Part shown: piece by piece, positions 14,975-28,616 of the stretch
Numbering within the stretch: the stretch's first letter is position 1
How the letters are laid out: every line of letters begins with the position of its first letter
From: the human T2T-CHM13v2.0 reference genome, Homo sapiens
Length of the DNA: 64,000 nt
Direction: 5' to 3' (one strand)
Assembly (NCBI RefSeq): GCF_009914755.1
Contig: NC_060926.1
Position numbers and translations under genes: made by a program
Notes under the pieces: model-generated
What the model was told of the DNA's origin: nothing
The model's input: only the letters and a program-made list of their open reading frames with translations
Database searches by the model: none

Positions 14975-15162
14975 AATCCAAATGTCCATCAGTGTTAGAA
15001 CGGATTAAGAAAATGTGGCACATATACACTATGGAATACTATGCAGCCATAAAAAGGATGAGTTCATGTCCTTTGTAGGGACATGGATGAAGCTGGAAAC
15101 CATCATTCTCAGCAAACTATCGCAGGGACAAAAAACCAAACACCACGTGTTCTCACTCATAG
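14974..15162 (+). mobile_element. L1PA ORF2 C-terminal segment (non-inverted part), ending at CTCACTCATAG with no L1 3'UTR
   Basis: 'aaatgtccatc...gattaagaaaatgtggcacatatacactatggaatactatgcagcc...gttctcactcatag'; the normal continuation gtgggaattga (present at 7159) is absent. Confidence 0.95.
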
Positions 15163-16160
15163 AGCTGCCCTGAGGAGTGACAAAGGGCGTGAATTGAGGA
15201 GGCTTGTGAAGAGGACTTGAACACTGTACCAGCTGTATATCCCTGGCTTCCTCCTGAGAGCTCCTGATGGGATATTCTCCATTATTTCTAAGACCACCTG
15301 GAGTTATTAGTCCCTTGAGGACCCCCATAAGATGCTTTATTATCCTTTCCTTTGCTCCCCGGGTGCCTTAACTCAGATCCTCATTCAGTGTGAGATTGGG
15401 AAAACATGCAAGTGCAGGTCTTGTCTTAGGTAGCAATAAAATGCTATTACTAGATCCCTAAATGTAAATGACACAGGCAACTATTTCTTAACATCAATAA
15501 ATCTAATGTCTGTGTAATCAGAAACCAGAGATCTGAACTCTACCTTTGGGCTAACTCAAAATCTGTATCGTTGCAGTCATTAGAGACCAGTTTTTATTCC
15601 TTGCTTTATTGAAGGGACTGCTGTTGATAGTTTTTAATTTTTAAATAATGAGTTTTTCTTTTTAGATATAAGCCATGAGGCAACTTTAAAAGTTTGTTTC
15701 TGAGGAGGTAAGAGTTGAATTTAAAACAACAAATGAAGCCTTTGCATCACTAGCATTCTTTTCCATGTATATTATCCAAAACTGGAATGTTAGAAATATT
15801 TTTGAAAATATTTTTGTAAAAAATATGTATTTCTAAAAAAAAAAGCATCAATGAGAAAGAAATGAATTTATGTAAAATTTTTTTCAAATAAAAGTGTAAA
15901 AATTTTCACCTAGGGTGCACAAATAAAATAATTGTCTGAGAATATGGTCATTTTCAGTAATATTACACTAATAATTTCTAACTGTATCTCTATGTACGGT
16001 TTAAATTTTTATGAACACGAATTCATTATAGAACAAATTACTGCATTTAAGAGAAACATCAAAAGCTGACTGTTTATTTACTTTTACCAGTTATTCTTCC
16101 TCCATGGAAATTATGCTTCTGAATATAGTGAATAAAACCAGAGGTGATTACACTGAAAAA
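15163..16160 (+). other. Non-L1 transduced cargo (putative captured terminal exon/3'UTR) with AATAAA and short A-tail
   Basis: Lies inside the 15-bp TSD aaattgtttgtctac (13976-13990 and 16161-16175); AATAAA at 16131-16136, A-run from 16156. Confidence 0.8.
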
Positions 16161-16175
16161 AAATTGTTTGTCTAC

Positions 16176-18420
16176 TTGTAATTTATTTTAAAAAATTTAT
16201 TTATTTATTATTTTTTCTTTCCCCATACCTCAGTCTAGAAGGAATTTATTATATAGTATAAATATTTCCCAAATACTTATTGCAAGTACTTTCTTCTAGA
16301 TCATTTCATATTTAAAAATTATGTTGTTGTTGAATGTAAAGACATTTTTCATTTTCCTTTTTTTGCTTAAATCCGTCAATATTTCTATTTTTTAATATTC
16401 TGTTTCTTTAAATGTAATGCCTGATTTTAAAAATCTCATATTTTGAATATATTCATCAAAATTTTGATTTACATCAGATTTTTGTCTTTACTGTATTTTA
16501 TTTATATTTTTTAGAAAAAATATTTTAATATGAATAATTAATTATCCCAGTAGCTTTAAATGCAGTACTTTTTAAAAGAGTGATTATACATGAATTTATA
16601 TAAAAGATAACATTCCTACTTATGCATAGATATATTGCTGGATTCTATTCTGTTATATTGTATTTTGTCTCCTGTATTTTCAAAACATGTAAACATTCCT
16701 TATTGGAAATTTTGATATGACCTTTCTTTTTTTTACGTTAGTGATGACCTGTTGAAAGTTATATATGAAATAGTTTGACAGTTAGCAAGAAATTAGAGAC
16801 AATTACACTTCAATTTTTACCATATTATGAATGTCTTTTTATGATTGAATATACTCCAAGATTTACCACCTCAACCCTTTTTGGGACTGGCTCTGCATTC
16901 ACAAGAAAAGTAAAGATTTGTTCTTATATACATCAGACTAAAGAGGAGTCATAAGATAAATTCAAAGCAAAAGAGGAATATAGCTTTGAATATCTCTAAT
17001 GCAGCCCTGAAAGATTTGCAAGGGAGTATAACATTTAGAACATTTAGAATATTTGAATCTCTCTCTTTCTCTCTGTCTGTCTCTCTCTCTCTCTCTCTCT
17101 CACTCTCTCTGTCTTTTTGTCTTTCTCTGTCAGATGACCTATTTTTTCATTTTTATTACATGATATAAACTATGTTAATAATGAAAAATGAAGGACATGA
17201 TTTCTTCTTTGCTAAACCCTCTCTTTAAATTGCCCTAACTATAAAGTATCTTGAGGTTTGATTTCTGGTAGGGAAAATGTATGTTCACTGCCACTTCACT
17301 TATTATTATTAAAATATATTTTATTATTTTTTGAACAATTACTATTTTACATTACATTTGTAATAGACTGGCATGTTTTCCTAAATCAACTTTGAGTGTT
17401 TAAGTATGATCTTGTTGAATGTATAGTTTATTTGTAGCAAATAATTTGAAAATTTTAGTTATGATATCTCAGAACATGATATAGATATTTATTTGTTTGG
17501 ATGCCATTATAAAAACTTTGAAAACATTTTATAGTTTTTTAATATAATTATTACCCATTTCTTTTTGGATGTTTTCAAAAGTTTTTTAAAGTTTTTATTT
17601 TTATTACAAGTAATCCCTTTAGTTTATTATATATGTATAGTCATCCATGCTGTCTAGTAGACTCATATATTTTCTCATATGTTACTCTGGTATGAAAGCA
17701 TTACATTTTACTTGTCTAATAATTTTATATTTGAATATTTTTTCATGTATATTTCTGGTAGCAAATAACATGGTTTGCAAGTATTTATTCTATAAATTGT
17801 TTATTGCTTCAGGTAGAACCTCTGTAGTATTCTTGTATAGTGCAGATTATAGTAAATATTCTACTCTTATTTTTAACTTTAATGGGAATACTTTTTATAG
17901 TTTCAAAATATTAGTGATATTTTCTGTTGGTTTTTGTAATTTGTATTTGTTTTAAAGTAGACAACCTATATTACAGTTTGTAAAATTATTTTTTGTCGCC
18001 GAGTAGTGAAATCATAGTGCTATTCACTTAATTAAATTAATTATGAGAATATTTCACTTGACCTATTGATCATTCCATTCCTGGGACAAACTTTACTTAG
18101 TAATGATGCATTACATTAATTATAATTAGACTTTATATGCTAAGGTTTTAATTAAATTTGTCAATTTATACTTTAAGATATCATTACATACAGCTTAGTT
18201 TTATGTTTACCATGATTATGTTTACCTCATAATTATCAATTATGTTTACTTCAATTTTGGGCATTAGGGTTATCCTACTCTCAAAGAACGAGTTGACACA
18301 TAATCTATTTTTTAATTCAGTGATCTTGAAATGTTTATCAGAGAATATATTCTCTTGCATGTTTGGTAGGATATCATAATACATTTGACTTAATTGCAGG
18401 TGGATGTGTTTTGTTTTTAG
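16176..18420 (-). mobile_element. Highly degraded L1ME-type ORF2 remnants
   Basis: Patchy antisense L1 motifs ('tcttatttttaactttaatgggaatac', 'cattccattcctgggacaaac', 'gggttatcctactctcaaagaacgagttg'); ORF 18184-18423 has ORF2-like NSFFESRITLMPK. Confidence 0.5.
17058..17130 (+). repeat. (CT)n imperfect microsatellite
   Basis: Direct read. Confidence 0.9.
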
Positions 18421-18998
18421 CATTCCCGTTGTAATTTATTTCCAAAGAGCCCATGAATCATTTCTTTTTTCATTAACTTAAGAAATATTGTCAGAAAAAC
18501 AGATGTGTCTGTATATGTGTATGAGTGTGCTGTCAGCTATCTTGGACCAAAAGCAAAATTATATATTTTAAGTTATGTAGCTCTAAAAAACCTGGCTCCT
18601 AAAATTACAGGTTTATAGTCAGAAAATAATCATAAAAATCAAATACATTAAAATTTTTGGTTTATTTTTCCAATAAATTTTATACATTAATACTTGTCAT
18701 AAGTAAGTGCATCAATCTTAAAAAATAATAATTATTAACTTGAAACTCCAAAAAGAGTAAAGAACTAAAGATTGTCAAAATAGCCACTTGTCGCTTAGAA
18801 GTGGTGTGTACATAAACACTCGCTACTCCATTTAAGACCTGTATTGACAGATGACATCCATGTGTCTTTTGCTACTCCATGGAGATGATTTAGTTCAATC
18901 TGAAGAGTGTTGTCAGTCTGTGGATGCTACTTTTTAACATTAATCCTAACATACAATTAAAAACAGTAAGAGAACTTGTCATAAAAATATAAAATCTT

Positions 18999-19402
<404 letters not shown>

Positions 19403-20254
19403 TTATTTTTCACTGCAAAGCCCTTGATATTACTCTAACTATAATTAAAATGCATGTAAAAGAACATTGTACTTGCTTCTCCTAAACATTATTTATTCAT
19501 ATAGCATTATCTTAAATTAATAAGGGCAGCAAAGTAGTTTACATGATTTATATTGTCGCATATATTTCTTCGGGTATGTAGTATGCCACAGCATTTCTGG
19601 GCATCATTGAGCCAACTTTTACCTCTCTGATTATAACTTTTCTTCTGAAGTTTTTATGTTAAAATCTACCTCTTAAAATGTTTTCAGTCACAGGTACGCT
19701 TATTAATATTTTTATCTATTTTTTCATATTACAGATAATCTCAGAGCAGTAGTTTTATGGTTTCCCTAGTTTTTCAGCGAAAAAAGCAGGGTTTTAGAAG
19801 TTATGTTTAAGCCATCTCCTACACCCAAACCTGATTGAGCCAAAGTTTTGTTAATAGAGTAATAGAACAAAAACAATTCCCTCTTCTTTTAGCTCCTCAC
19901 CTCTCAGCTGTAGCTGTTGTTACTACAAATGATAAGGCAAAATGACCACAGTTAATTGCTGCAGGCTAGTGAATCTTAAAACTGATTATATATTGGAATC
20001 GCAAGGCGAGACTTCTAATTCCTTGATGTTCAGGACAAACCTCAACCAATGTAATGAGAATCCCTGGTGATGGAACCTAGATAATGGCAGTTTTTAATCC
20101 TCCTTAAGTGACTCAAATGTACAAAGCAGAGAAAGTTCAGGGTGGCAGGAGCAGGAAAGAAATTGTGAATAATTCTGGGCATCCTATTTTCTGAGTCAGA
20201 ATTGCATAAATAAGTAAAGTGTATGAGTAACTAGCAAATCAAAAAGACCAAGAA

Positions 20255-20790
20255 GGGCAGAAACAGAATAACTTTACAGTGCAAAAACCTGAGAAACATC
20301 GCCACAGCCATCAACATTAGCATCAGCAGTGAAGTCGTAGCCTTGATATGATAATATGAAAATGTCAGTTTTGCTCTGTGATCTTTTTCCTCAAAATACA
20401 TAACCTGAGTCTAACATAAGAAAAACATCAGAAAAATCCCAATAAATGGGCATTCTGCAAAATACCTGACCAGTACTTCTCAAAAGTGTCACAGTCATCA
20501 AAAACAAGGAAGTACAGGAAACTCTGACAACCAAAAGTAACCTAATGAGACATGAAGACTAAATTCAATATCACATCCTGAATGGGATCCTAGGAGAAGA
20601 AGATAACATTAGGTCAAAACTAAGAAAATCTAAATAAAATATAAACATTAATAGTGCATCATTATTCATTCATTAATTGGGACAAATATATCCTACTAAT
20701 ATAAGATGCTACTATGGGAATCTCTATACTCTCTTTTTTATTTTTCTGTAAATCTAAAACCCTTCTAAAGTTAAAAAACAAAGTTTATCA
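20255..20790 (+). mobile_element. L1MD/L1MC-type 3'UTR fragment
   Basis: 'taactttacagtg...aaacctg', 'ggcattctgcaaaatacctgaccagtacttctcaaaagtgtc', 'atcctgaatgggatcct', 'ttttctgtaaatctaaaac'. Confidence 0.8.
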
Positions 20791-22274
20791 AAAAGAGAAC
20801 GAGAATGCCAAAAAGTCATTGTGCCTACTTTATGAAGGCAGTCTTACAAGTGGCTTTACTTGTAAGTAAAATATGAAAATATAAAATTGACTATTCTCTG
20901 TATATTTTTTGAGTGGCACTGGAAATTCCTGCTAATTAGAAATATTCACTAGGTGTTCTATGTCAAAGACTTTCTCTGGATTTATCATTTTTGGCATAGC
21001 TCGTATTTCTAATTAACTTTATGCGGATAATTTCCAAATCTATGTTCCTCCAGCTCTGTCTTCCCACAGTAGCTGAAGTCATATTTCCTTCTTATGCAAA
21101 GTTTTTCACAGTTTCATTTTTCAGATATTTGCACAGCAGTAATGTGCTAGGAATTTTGTAAATCACTATGCCCCACCTTCTTATCCAAATAAATTGTTTG
21201 TTCCACCTTCTCCAACCCAACAACAACAACAACAAAATCGGAACCTTTCAAAATGTCTGTAAGTTTTCTACTTCAATGTTAATCTATTAATAATATTCTT
21301 CAAATTCCATATTTAGAGAAATAAATCCTATTTATGTTATCATGAAAATTTTTTATGTACCACAGTGAATTGCTGCACACTAGTGAATCTTAAAACTGAT
21401 TATTGGAATTGATTGTGTAAAATTTTTCATTTTTACACAATTATGCTTAACATGCTATGTGTGTTCTACAGTTCCTGACACATTCTTCACTAGCATCGGT
21501 GACCTCAGTTTTCTCTATCCTCTGTAGAGCTTCAAACTTCATTATCACATCCACCTTACAAACAGCCTGCGAAGACTCCCTCTTTCCAGGCAAAGCAAGG
21601 AAGAGTTTCTAATCTTGGCACACTAGATCTTTTATATTCTGACCCGAAGCCATCAACCTTATTTCCTTTGTTTCATAAAACGAGTTTCCAAGTTCTCTGC
21701 TCTGAAAGTTAGCATCATGTGGTCAGGTGAAGCAGTTGTTCACATTCCTGTTGGAGTGGCTTTTTGTCTTTCTCTTTCACATCAAATCCTCCCACACAAT
21801 AACGTTGCTTTCCTGACCCTTGTGTTTTCTGCACTCCTATTTTTCATCAAAACTTTAAATACTTTCTAGCACAAATAATATAGCCCAATTATGTTATGTC
21901 TTATTCTAAATGTTACTCAATTTTAGATCTAATCTTCTTGAAAACAGATGCTATTTTAAATAATTTTCAATAGCTGCCCCTTCTCCATTGAATCAAATAT
22001 GAAAATTTAGGTACCTCAGGGAGACATAAGTAATTGTGAAAAAACTAACATGAGTTTATGCTCCAACAGGGAATTTCTGTTTTTAGAATAGTAAGATCAC
22101 AGAGGGAACAGAAAATTAAATTAGGGAGAAATAGTACAAAAATTGAGAAAATCTAGGGATAGGGCATGGTTGACCGAAGTGAGAAATCCTTACAATTAAG
22201 TCACTAACTTGACAGTGCAAGGCCCTCAGTAAAGGAGAAAAGCTCTAGTTGAGGACTTAATGGACACTATGCTA

Positions 22275-22745
<471 letters not shown>

Positions 22746-24057
22746 AAAAATGGTGAGAACACAGGTCTCTCAACTCATCTCTGAAGGATCCAACAGGAAC
22801 TGGTAAGTTCATCTACCCTGTTCTCAGAAGTTATTTCAATGAGATGCCTATATGAAAAGCATATAACCTTCTCTTGACTGGGAACTTTGACTTACGAATC
22901 GACTCTTGGATTTTTTTTCCCTCAGATACAAATAATATATCGATCCCTGAAACCTACTGGAAAATCATATATGAATATCATTAAAGGGAGTAAATAAAAT
23001 GCAAAAATCATGGTAAGACTTTTGAAGAAAACATCTGCTACCCGATAGCTTTCATTTGTCATAACATTTATAATGCATTTGGTACCCAAAACTAAATGAC
23101 TTGATAGCCTTTTCTTATTATGAAAATGCTGCTCTAGACTCTGTTAATTTTCCCACAAATCTGGCTATATTTAACAAGCCATTAGAATGACCTAAGCCCA
23201 TGGAGGATGAGAATGACACTAAGAAAGCAGGCATAGATCAGAATAAATTCCTAGCCACAAATTACTCATACTAGGGCATTTTAATAAAAAAAGTATGGTG
23301 AGCTATGATGTTATTTTTTTCAGTTAATGAAGAAAGAGATATTTCTATAGATTAATGTAGTCTTGTTTTTAACATGTTTCTATGTAAAGTCTAGTAAACA
23401 TTTTGAAATAAGCCCATAAAGCAAGTCTTCTTGTCCTTGAGAAAAAAAAAGTATTTGGAATTATTTTGGAAGTTTTCAAGTCTAATAATGATGAGTGGGC
23501 ATGTGGTGAAAGAATCGACCATTTACTAATTCTAGGTAGTGAAAGGCGAATAACACCTTGTAGGTATGAAGCAGGTAAAGAGTATGCTTGAAGGAAAGAG
23601 AGTGACAGAAAAATTAAAGGGAGGAAAATATAGTTGACCTACTTAGATGTTGGCAAGTTGATGAGAACTACTTATACATACAGAAGAGTAAGACTTTGAA
23701 TTGAGGATTGTGAGTCTCGATCTGGTAAACTACTATGAAAGAATAAACAACAAAGCAGATTTGTTGGTCATTGATATTGAAATCCAAAGCCAAATATCCG
23801 CAGTGTTCTCATTGGGAAATCTCTCCTACTGAAATGCATAGTAAGGTTCACAAGTAAAAAATAAAATCCAACAGAGATAAATGTATTTATTTCCTTGAAT
23901 ACAATTTAACATCATTTTTAGCTAATAAGAAGCCACATTAACCATAGTGGTCCAAAGTACATATATTAATATACTGATAAATTATTCAAGGCATAAAATT
24001 TTAAAAGAAATTTCAAACAAATAAGTAAACAGGAAAATGAGAAGAAAATCCTCATTA

Positions 24058-24396
24058 TGCTGAATATTTTCTGTTTGCTTTGCTGGATCAACTGGCTGCC
24101 CTTCAATGCCCTGCTATGTTATGTGAGAGGATACTATGTATGCACTATATCAATAGAGTCTCTTTCTCTTTTTCCTGGTGTGCTTGGCCAGTGGCAGGCA
24201 GTGGCAGAAGGAGGGAAGCAGAGAGAGAGCGATGTTGAATTATTTATTCCCCTGGCTCTTTTCCTGCTCTCTCGAGTCATTTCTTTGTTTGCTTAAACTC
24301 TGCACACAGGTTTGTACATAATCTTTTTATTAAGCTGTCTTAATTTACCTAATTTGAATGTGACTTATCTTTCCTATTTGGACCCTGACTGATACG
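24058..24396 (+). mobile_element. LTR33-like ERVL solo LTR (internally deleted)
   Basis: 'tgctgaatattttctgtttgc', 'tatttattcccctggctc', end 'ggaccctgactgatac'. Confidence 0.75.
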
Positions 24397-25157
24397 ATTA
24401 TATCCAACAGAATCAGAAAGAAAATTCGGGTCTTATATAAAATGCAATTATCCCATGCATTTGGTAGGAAAAACTATAGCTATTTAAGTACAATTATAAA
24501 GTAGCTGTAATAAGATTTAAATTTACAAGATCAATACTGAAAAGTTACTGTAAGAGTATATGGTTATAAATTTAGTCACGGAAATATTAAATAATTCAGT
24601 GATTAAATTGTTAACTAAGATCAACAGCTGAGAGCATAAGACACTGGGAATCCCACTGTCAAATTTTTCCAATTTAGTTGACAGAAACAATTTTATTACA
24701 GTTTTAACTACCACCCACCTTCCCAGGTGATTAGAGAGGCATGTAGGAAGAAAAAGAAACAATCAAATTTGAGAAATACACTGTTCCTTAAGAAAGGGCA
24801 GTCCTTCAATTTAGCTTGTTCCTCTTCAAAACACAGGTACAGAGGCTCCAGATATAACCTTGAGTATATGAATGGATGTATAATTCATTAGGTATCTGAT
24901 ATTCTGATATTCCTCTGTTCTACCAAAAATGGCAAATAATATTTGTGAAAAGATGGAATCACTGAGAAAAGGCAAGATGAGAGGGGGCCACATTGCTTCA
25001 CCTTGATGGCAAGGTTTGTGAGAGATACAGAATTCAATGTTATGGTTGCACCAGGCATAGTTAGAACTACAGAGGTATGTGACATAGAGTCCATGCTCTG
25101 GATGTATAGGGCAAATCAGAGAACTGTGACCAAAAGTGATTTTAAAAAGTGACTGTT

Positions 25158-25466
<309 letters not shown>

Positions 25467-27529
25467 AAAAAGTGACTGTTTATGTTGCGAAAAAAAGTGA
25501 CTACAAATACAAAAAATTCTGAACTGAGATATTTTTAAGACTGTTACCATCCAATAAGAAGAGGAGCTGGTCCTATACTGTAGAATACTCAAAACACAGA
25601 TAGAGAATTGCTGCTCAAATTGTGGAAAGTACTGGTATTTATTGGTAGATTATAAAATAGTGATCACCTAATTGTGCTAAAAATACCATTTACTACAAAT
25701 TTGTGCTAGATGAGGAAGTGACAAAGAAGACTCGTACCATGAGACTATATACTGATATCAGTGATTGGTAGTCTTGATTATAAACTTATTTTATATACAT
25801 ATAGGTTTCAGACACATAGCGGACTAAGAGATGAAGAGTGAGTTTATTATCTATATAAAAACTCTTAAAATAAAAACATAGTGGTTCGTTAAAACTAAGC
25901 TAAAATTTAAACAAACTGAAAACCTTACCTAATATATTGAATTGAATGAATGATATTCCAAGCTTCATCTGTTCTATTCTTCCATTAAAGCTACCATTTT
26001 CTTCCACGTATCCATGGTACATTGCTTTCTGATATTGTTTAAAATGTTTAATATATAAGCAAGTGGTTACTCCATAAGCTCTTGAAATTCATTATCAGCA
26101 GATATAATTGATAAAAAAATGTTCTCACAGAAGTAAAATGTGGTAGTATGAAATGCTCACATAATCATCCTAAAATCTGGCTGTCTGGAGCCTCATAGAA
26201 CTAGTGTCCATTATAGGGAGTCATTACATATAGGAAGGTACCATTTATATTCTATATGTGAAATAACAAATTGATTTTGCTTTATTGTAGGTTTTTCCCC
26301 CAAATTTTGTGGTATAAAATACCTTTGCCATTGTACTTATGCACCCAGAAAAAATCACACCAGTTTCCAGTGTGTTTAAAGCTTATTTGAGATCAATTAA
26401 ACTATGTCTTCTGAAAATACAGTCATCACATTGCACAGCTTTTATGGCATTTACATTTGTCTTTTGTTTACCTTTAATTGTGGCCAAGATCCATTCCCCA
26501 GATGTAGCTCATAGTAATTGTTCAAAATATTTTTTTTGAAGTAGTATATTGAGAAGAAAGACAGCAAAGGCCAGAAGAGCTACTATTCCTATGTATTTGT
26601 TAAATAACACTGGCTAGCCCATGTAAATTTCCATTCAGAATTTAATTTCAGTCACAGCAGATTTCTACACTATGCCTCTGGAATTTATCTCTGCCACTTA
26701 CTTCTTACCTGCTCTGCTCTGCTTTTTTTTTTTCTTCATTATTCTCACTGTCTGAAGTTGAACTCCTTTTTTTCTCTAACTTGTATTATATTATGAATGA
26801 ACTCAGAATTCTCCTGTGACAAATTCATGTGTGTTTGATTTTCAGTCTTCTTGGCAGACTGTTTTGCTTAGATAGCACAGCACTCCTCCCCTATAGCCAG
26901 CAGAACCTAGGGGTAATCATACGATTTCAAACCAATACACTTTTGAGAAAGACAGTACTATGGATAATCACTCAGGGGCAACGTACTTAAGCTCAGACTG
27001 TCCCTCCTAAAAGTTTATATGTTTGCCTTCCAAAAACCCAGTCTTCACTGGATGACATAAACAAATTAAGAGGTCATTTCATATTTTCCTTCATAAAAAT
27101 ACAACTTTGTAATCAAGAATATAATAATATTAATAATAATATTCATTGCTGAGAAGTGAGTAAAATGCATTTCTCCTAATAGAAATATGCTGAGTTTAAT
27201 ATGAAATTGATTATTGGATCCTCATGTTTGTCATTTACCTCTGAGAAAACTCACCTTCCGAAAAGGTTGGTTTAGTTCTGCTTATTATTTTTACCAAATC
27301 AAGATAACCACTGTTTAGAGGAACATTTATAATTAAATCAAATTCAATACCTAATTTTTAAAGTCAAATTGGATGACATTCTTCACTTAAACTAGCACTC
27401 GATATTAAATGTGTTTAATAAGCTTTGGGCTTATCAACATTTCTTTATCAGTTTTATTACTGAAAGATGTTACTTTTCACCATTTTACTTTCCTAATGGT
27501 TTACATAAGTATTCTTCCATAAGCCCAAA

Positions 27530-28616
27530 TCTGTGCTCCTGTGCTCTAATTCTGGGGGACTGGGACCAAGCCCTCAGTTTTGTTCCCTGGTCCCTTGAGG
27601 TTAAGTATCTGCTGTGCTGGTGGAGCTGAGGTGTTTCCCATCTGCTAGCAGCAACACTCCAATAGGGCTTACTAGCAAAAGTGCTTCACTATGGTGGCAA
27701 CAGCTGGGTCCGTGCTTGCGCACATGTGTGGGTGATAGCAAAGTGGCAGTATGACAGAGCCCACATGCACATGTGTGCTGGCAGCAGCTTGGGCAGAGCA
27801 GCAGTGGTGAGGTCCACACATGCACATGCCCATAGTGGTGGGGTGAGGAGGTCCACCTGCATGGGCTGATAAAGCAGTATAGGTAGCCAATGGGAGGGTA
27901 TGTGCTTGCACTGTCAGTCTGCAGAACTCTCCAACAGTCAGATGAGGTCTGCCAGCAAAGAAGCTATAGTGGCAGCCATTGGAAAATGTCCTGGTTGGGC
28001 AACTGAAGCTGTGCTACAAGTGCAATAAGGCAGGGACCTGCGGAGAGGCCAGTAGACAGACGGGTGCTCAGTTCAAACTGGCCCCATCTCATGGGCAAAA
28101 TAGCCCTATTCTGTTCAGGTTCAAGGATCTGAGAGTGAACAAAGGCCAAAGCTACCCAGAGGAGCATGGTGAGCCTTAGGTGATGGATGTCCCTGGCCTG
28201 GCCATGCTCCATTGCAGCTGTTCCCATGCCAAACCTTCTGGACTCCACACAGGATAGAGTCCTGTCCCTGCCAACTCTCCATGTAGCTCTTCCTGCCAGC
28301 TCAAATGTACATTGGGGTCTTGGGGTCTCTGGTAGCTAATACTCTGGAGGTCCGTGGTGAGAGTCAGCCATTGCACACATATTTAATTCATCCCCTTCCC
28401 CAGAGTCACTAGGAGCTAGGAATTAGTCCTGGTGCTCAGCATCCCGTAGAAGGTTACCCGCCTTCTTCTTCAGCTGAGGCTCTGTGTGCTCCCTCAGTCT
28501 ACTCCCAATGCCTTGCTTCTGAAGATCTTCTTGGGATGTGCTGGCCTTCCTTACAGTATGGTCTCAGTGGAAAAGCTCTTCTTGGCTGCCTCTAGTCAGC
28601 CATCTTGGCTCCTCTC
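27530..28616 (-). mobile_element. Isolated 5'UTR of an older primate L1 (L1PA13-16/L1P4-type)
   Basis: Reverse complement starts 'gagaggagccaagatggctgactagaggcagcc' (L1 5' end with YY1 motif); GC-rich with internal cacatgcacatg repeats; no ORF1 follows. Confidence 0.75.

Noticed and set aside
14258-14989. 243-aa ORF, the longest in the window
   Set aside because: Fragment of L1 ORF2p in the inverted arm; frameshifted and truncated, not a host gene.
15835-15844. A10 run as the end of the L1-cargo insertion
   Set aside because: Not followed by the TSD; the true TSD follows the A-run at 16156.
20843-20866. Hairpin cttacaagt-N6-acttgtaag
   Set aside because: A 9-bp stem is expected by chance in 64 kb of AT-rich DNA.
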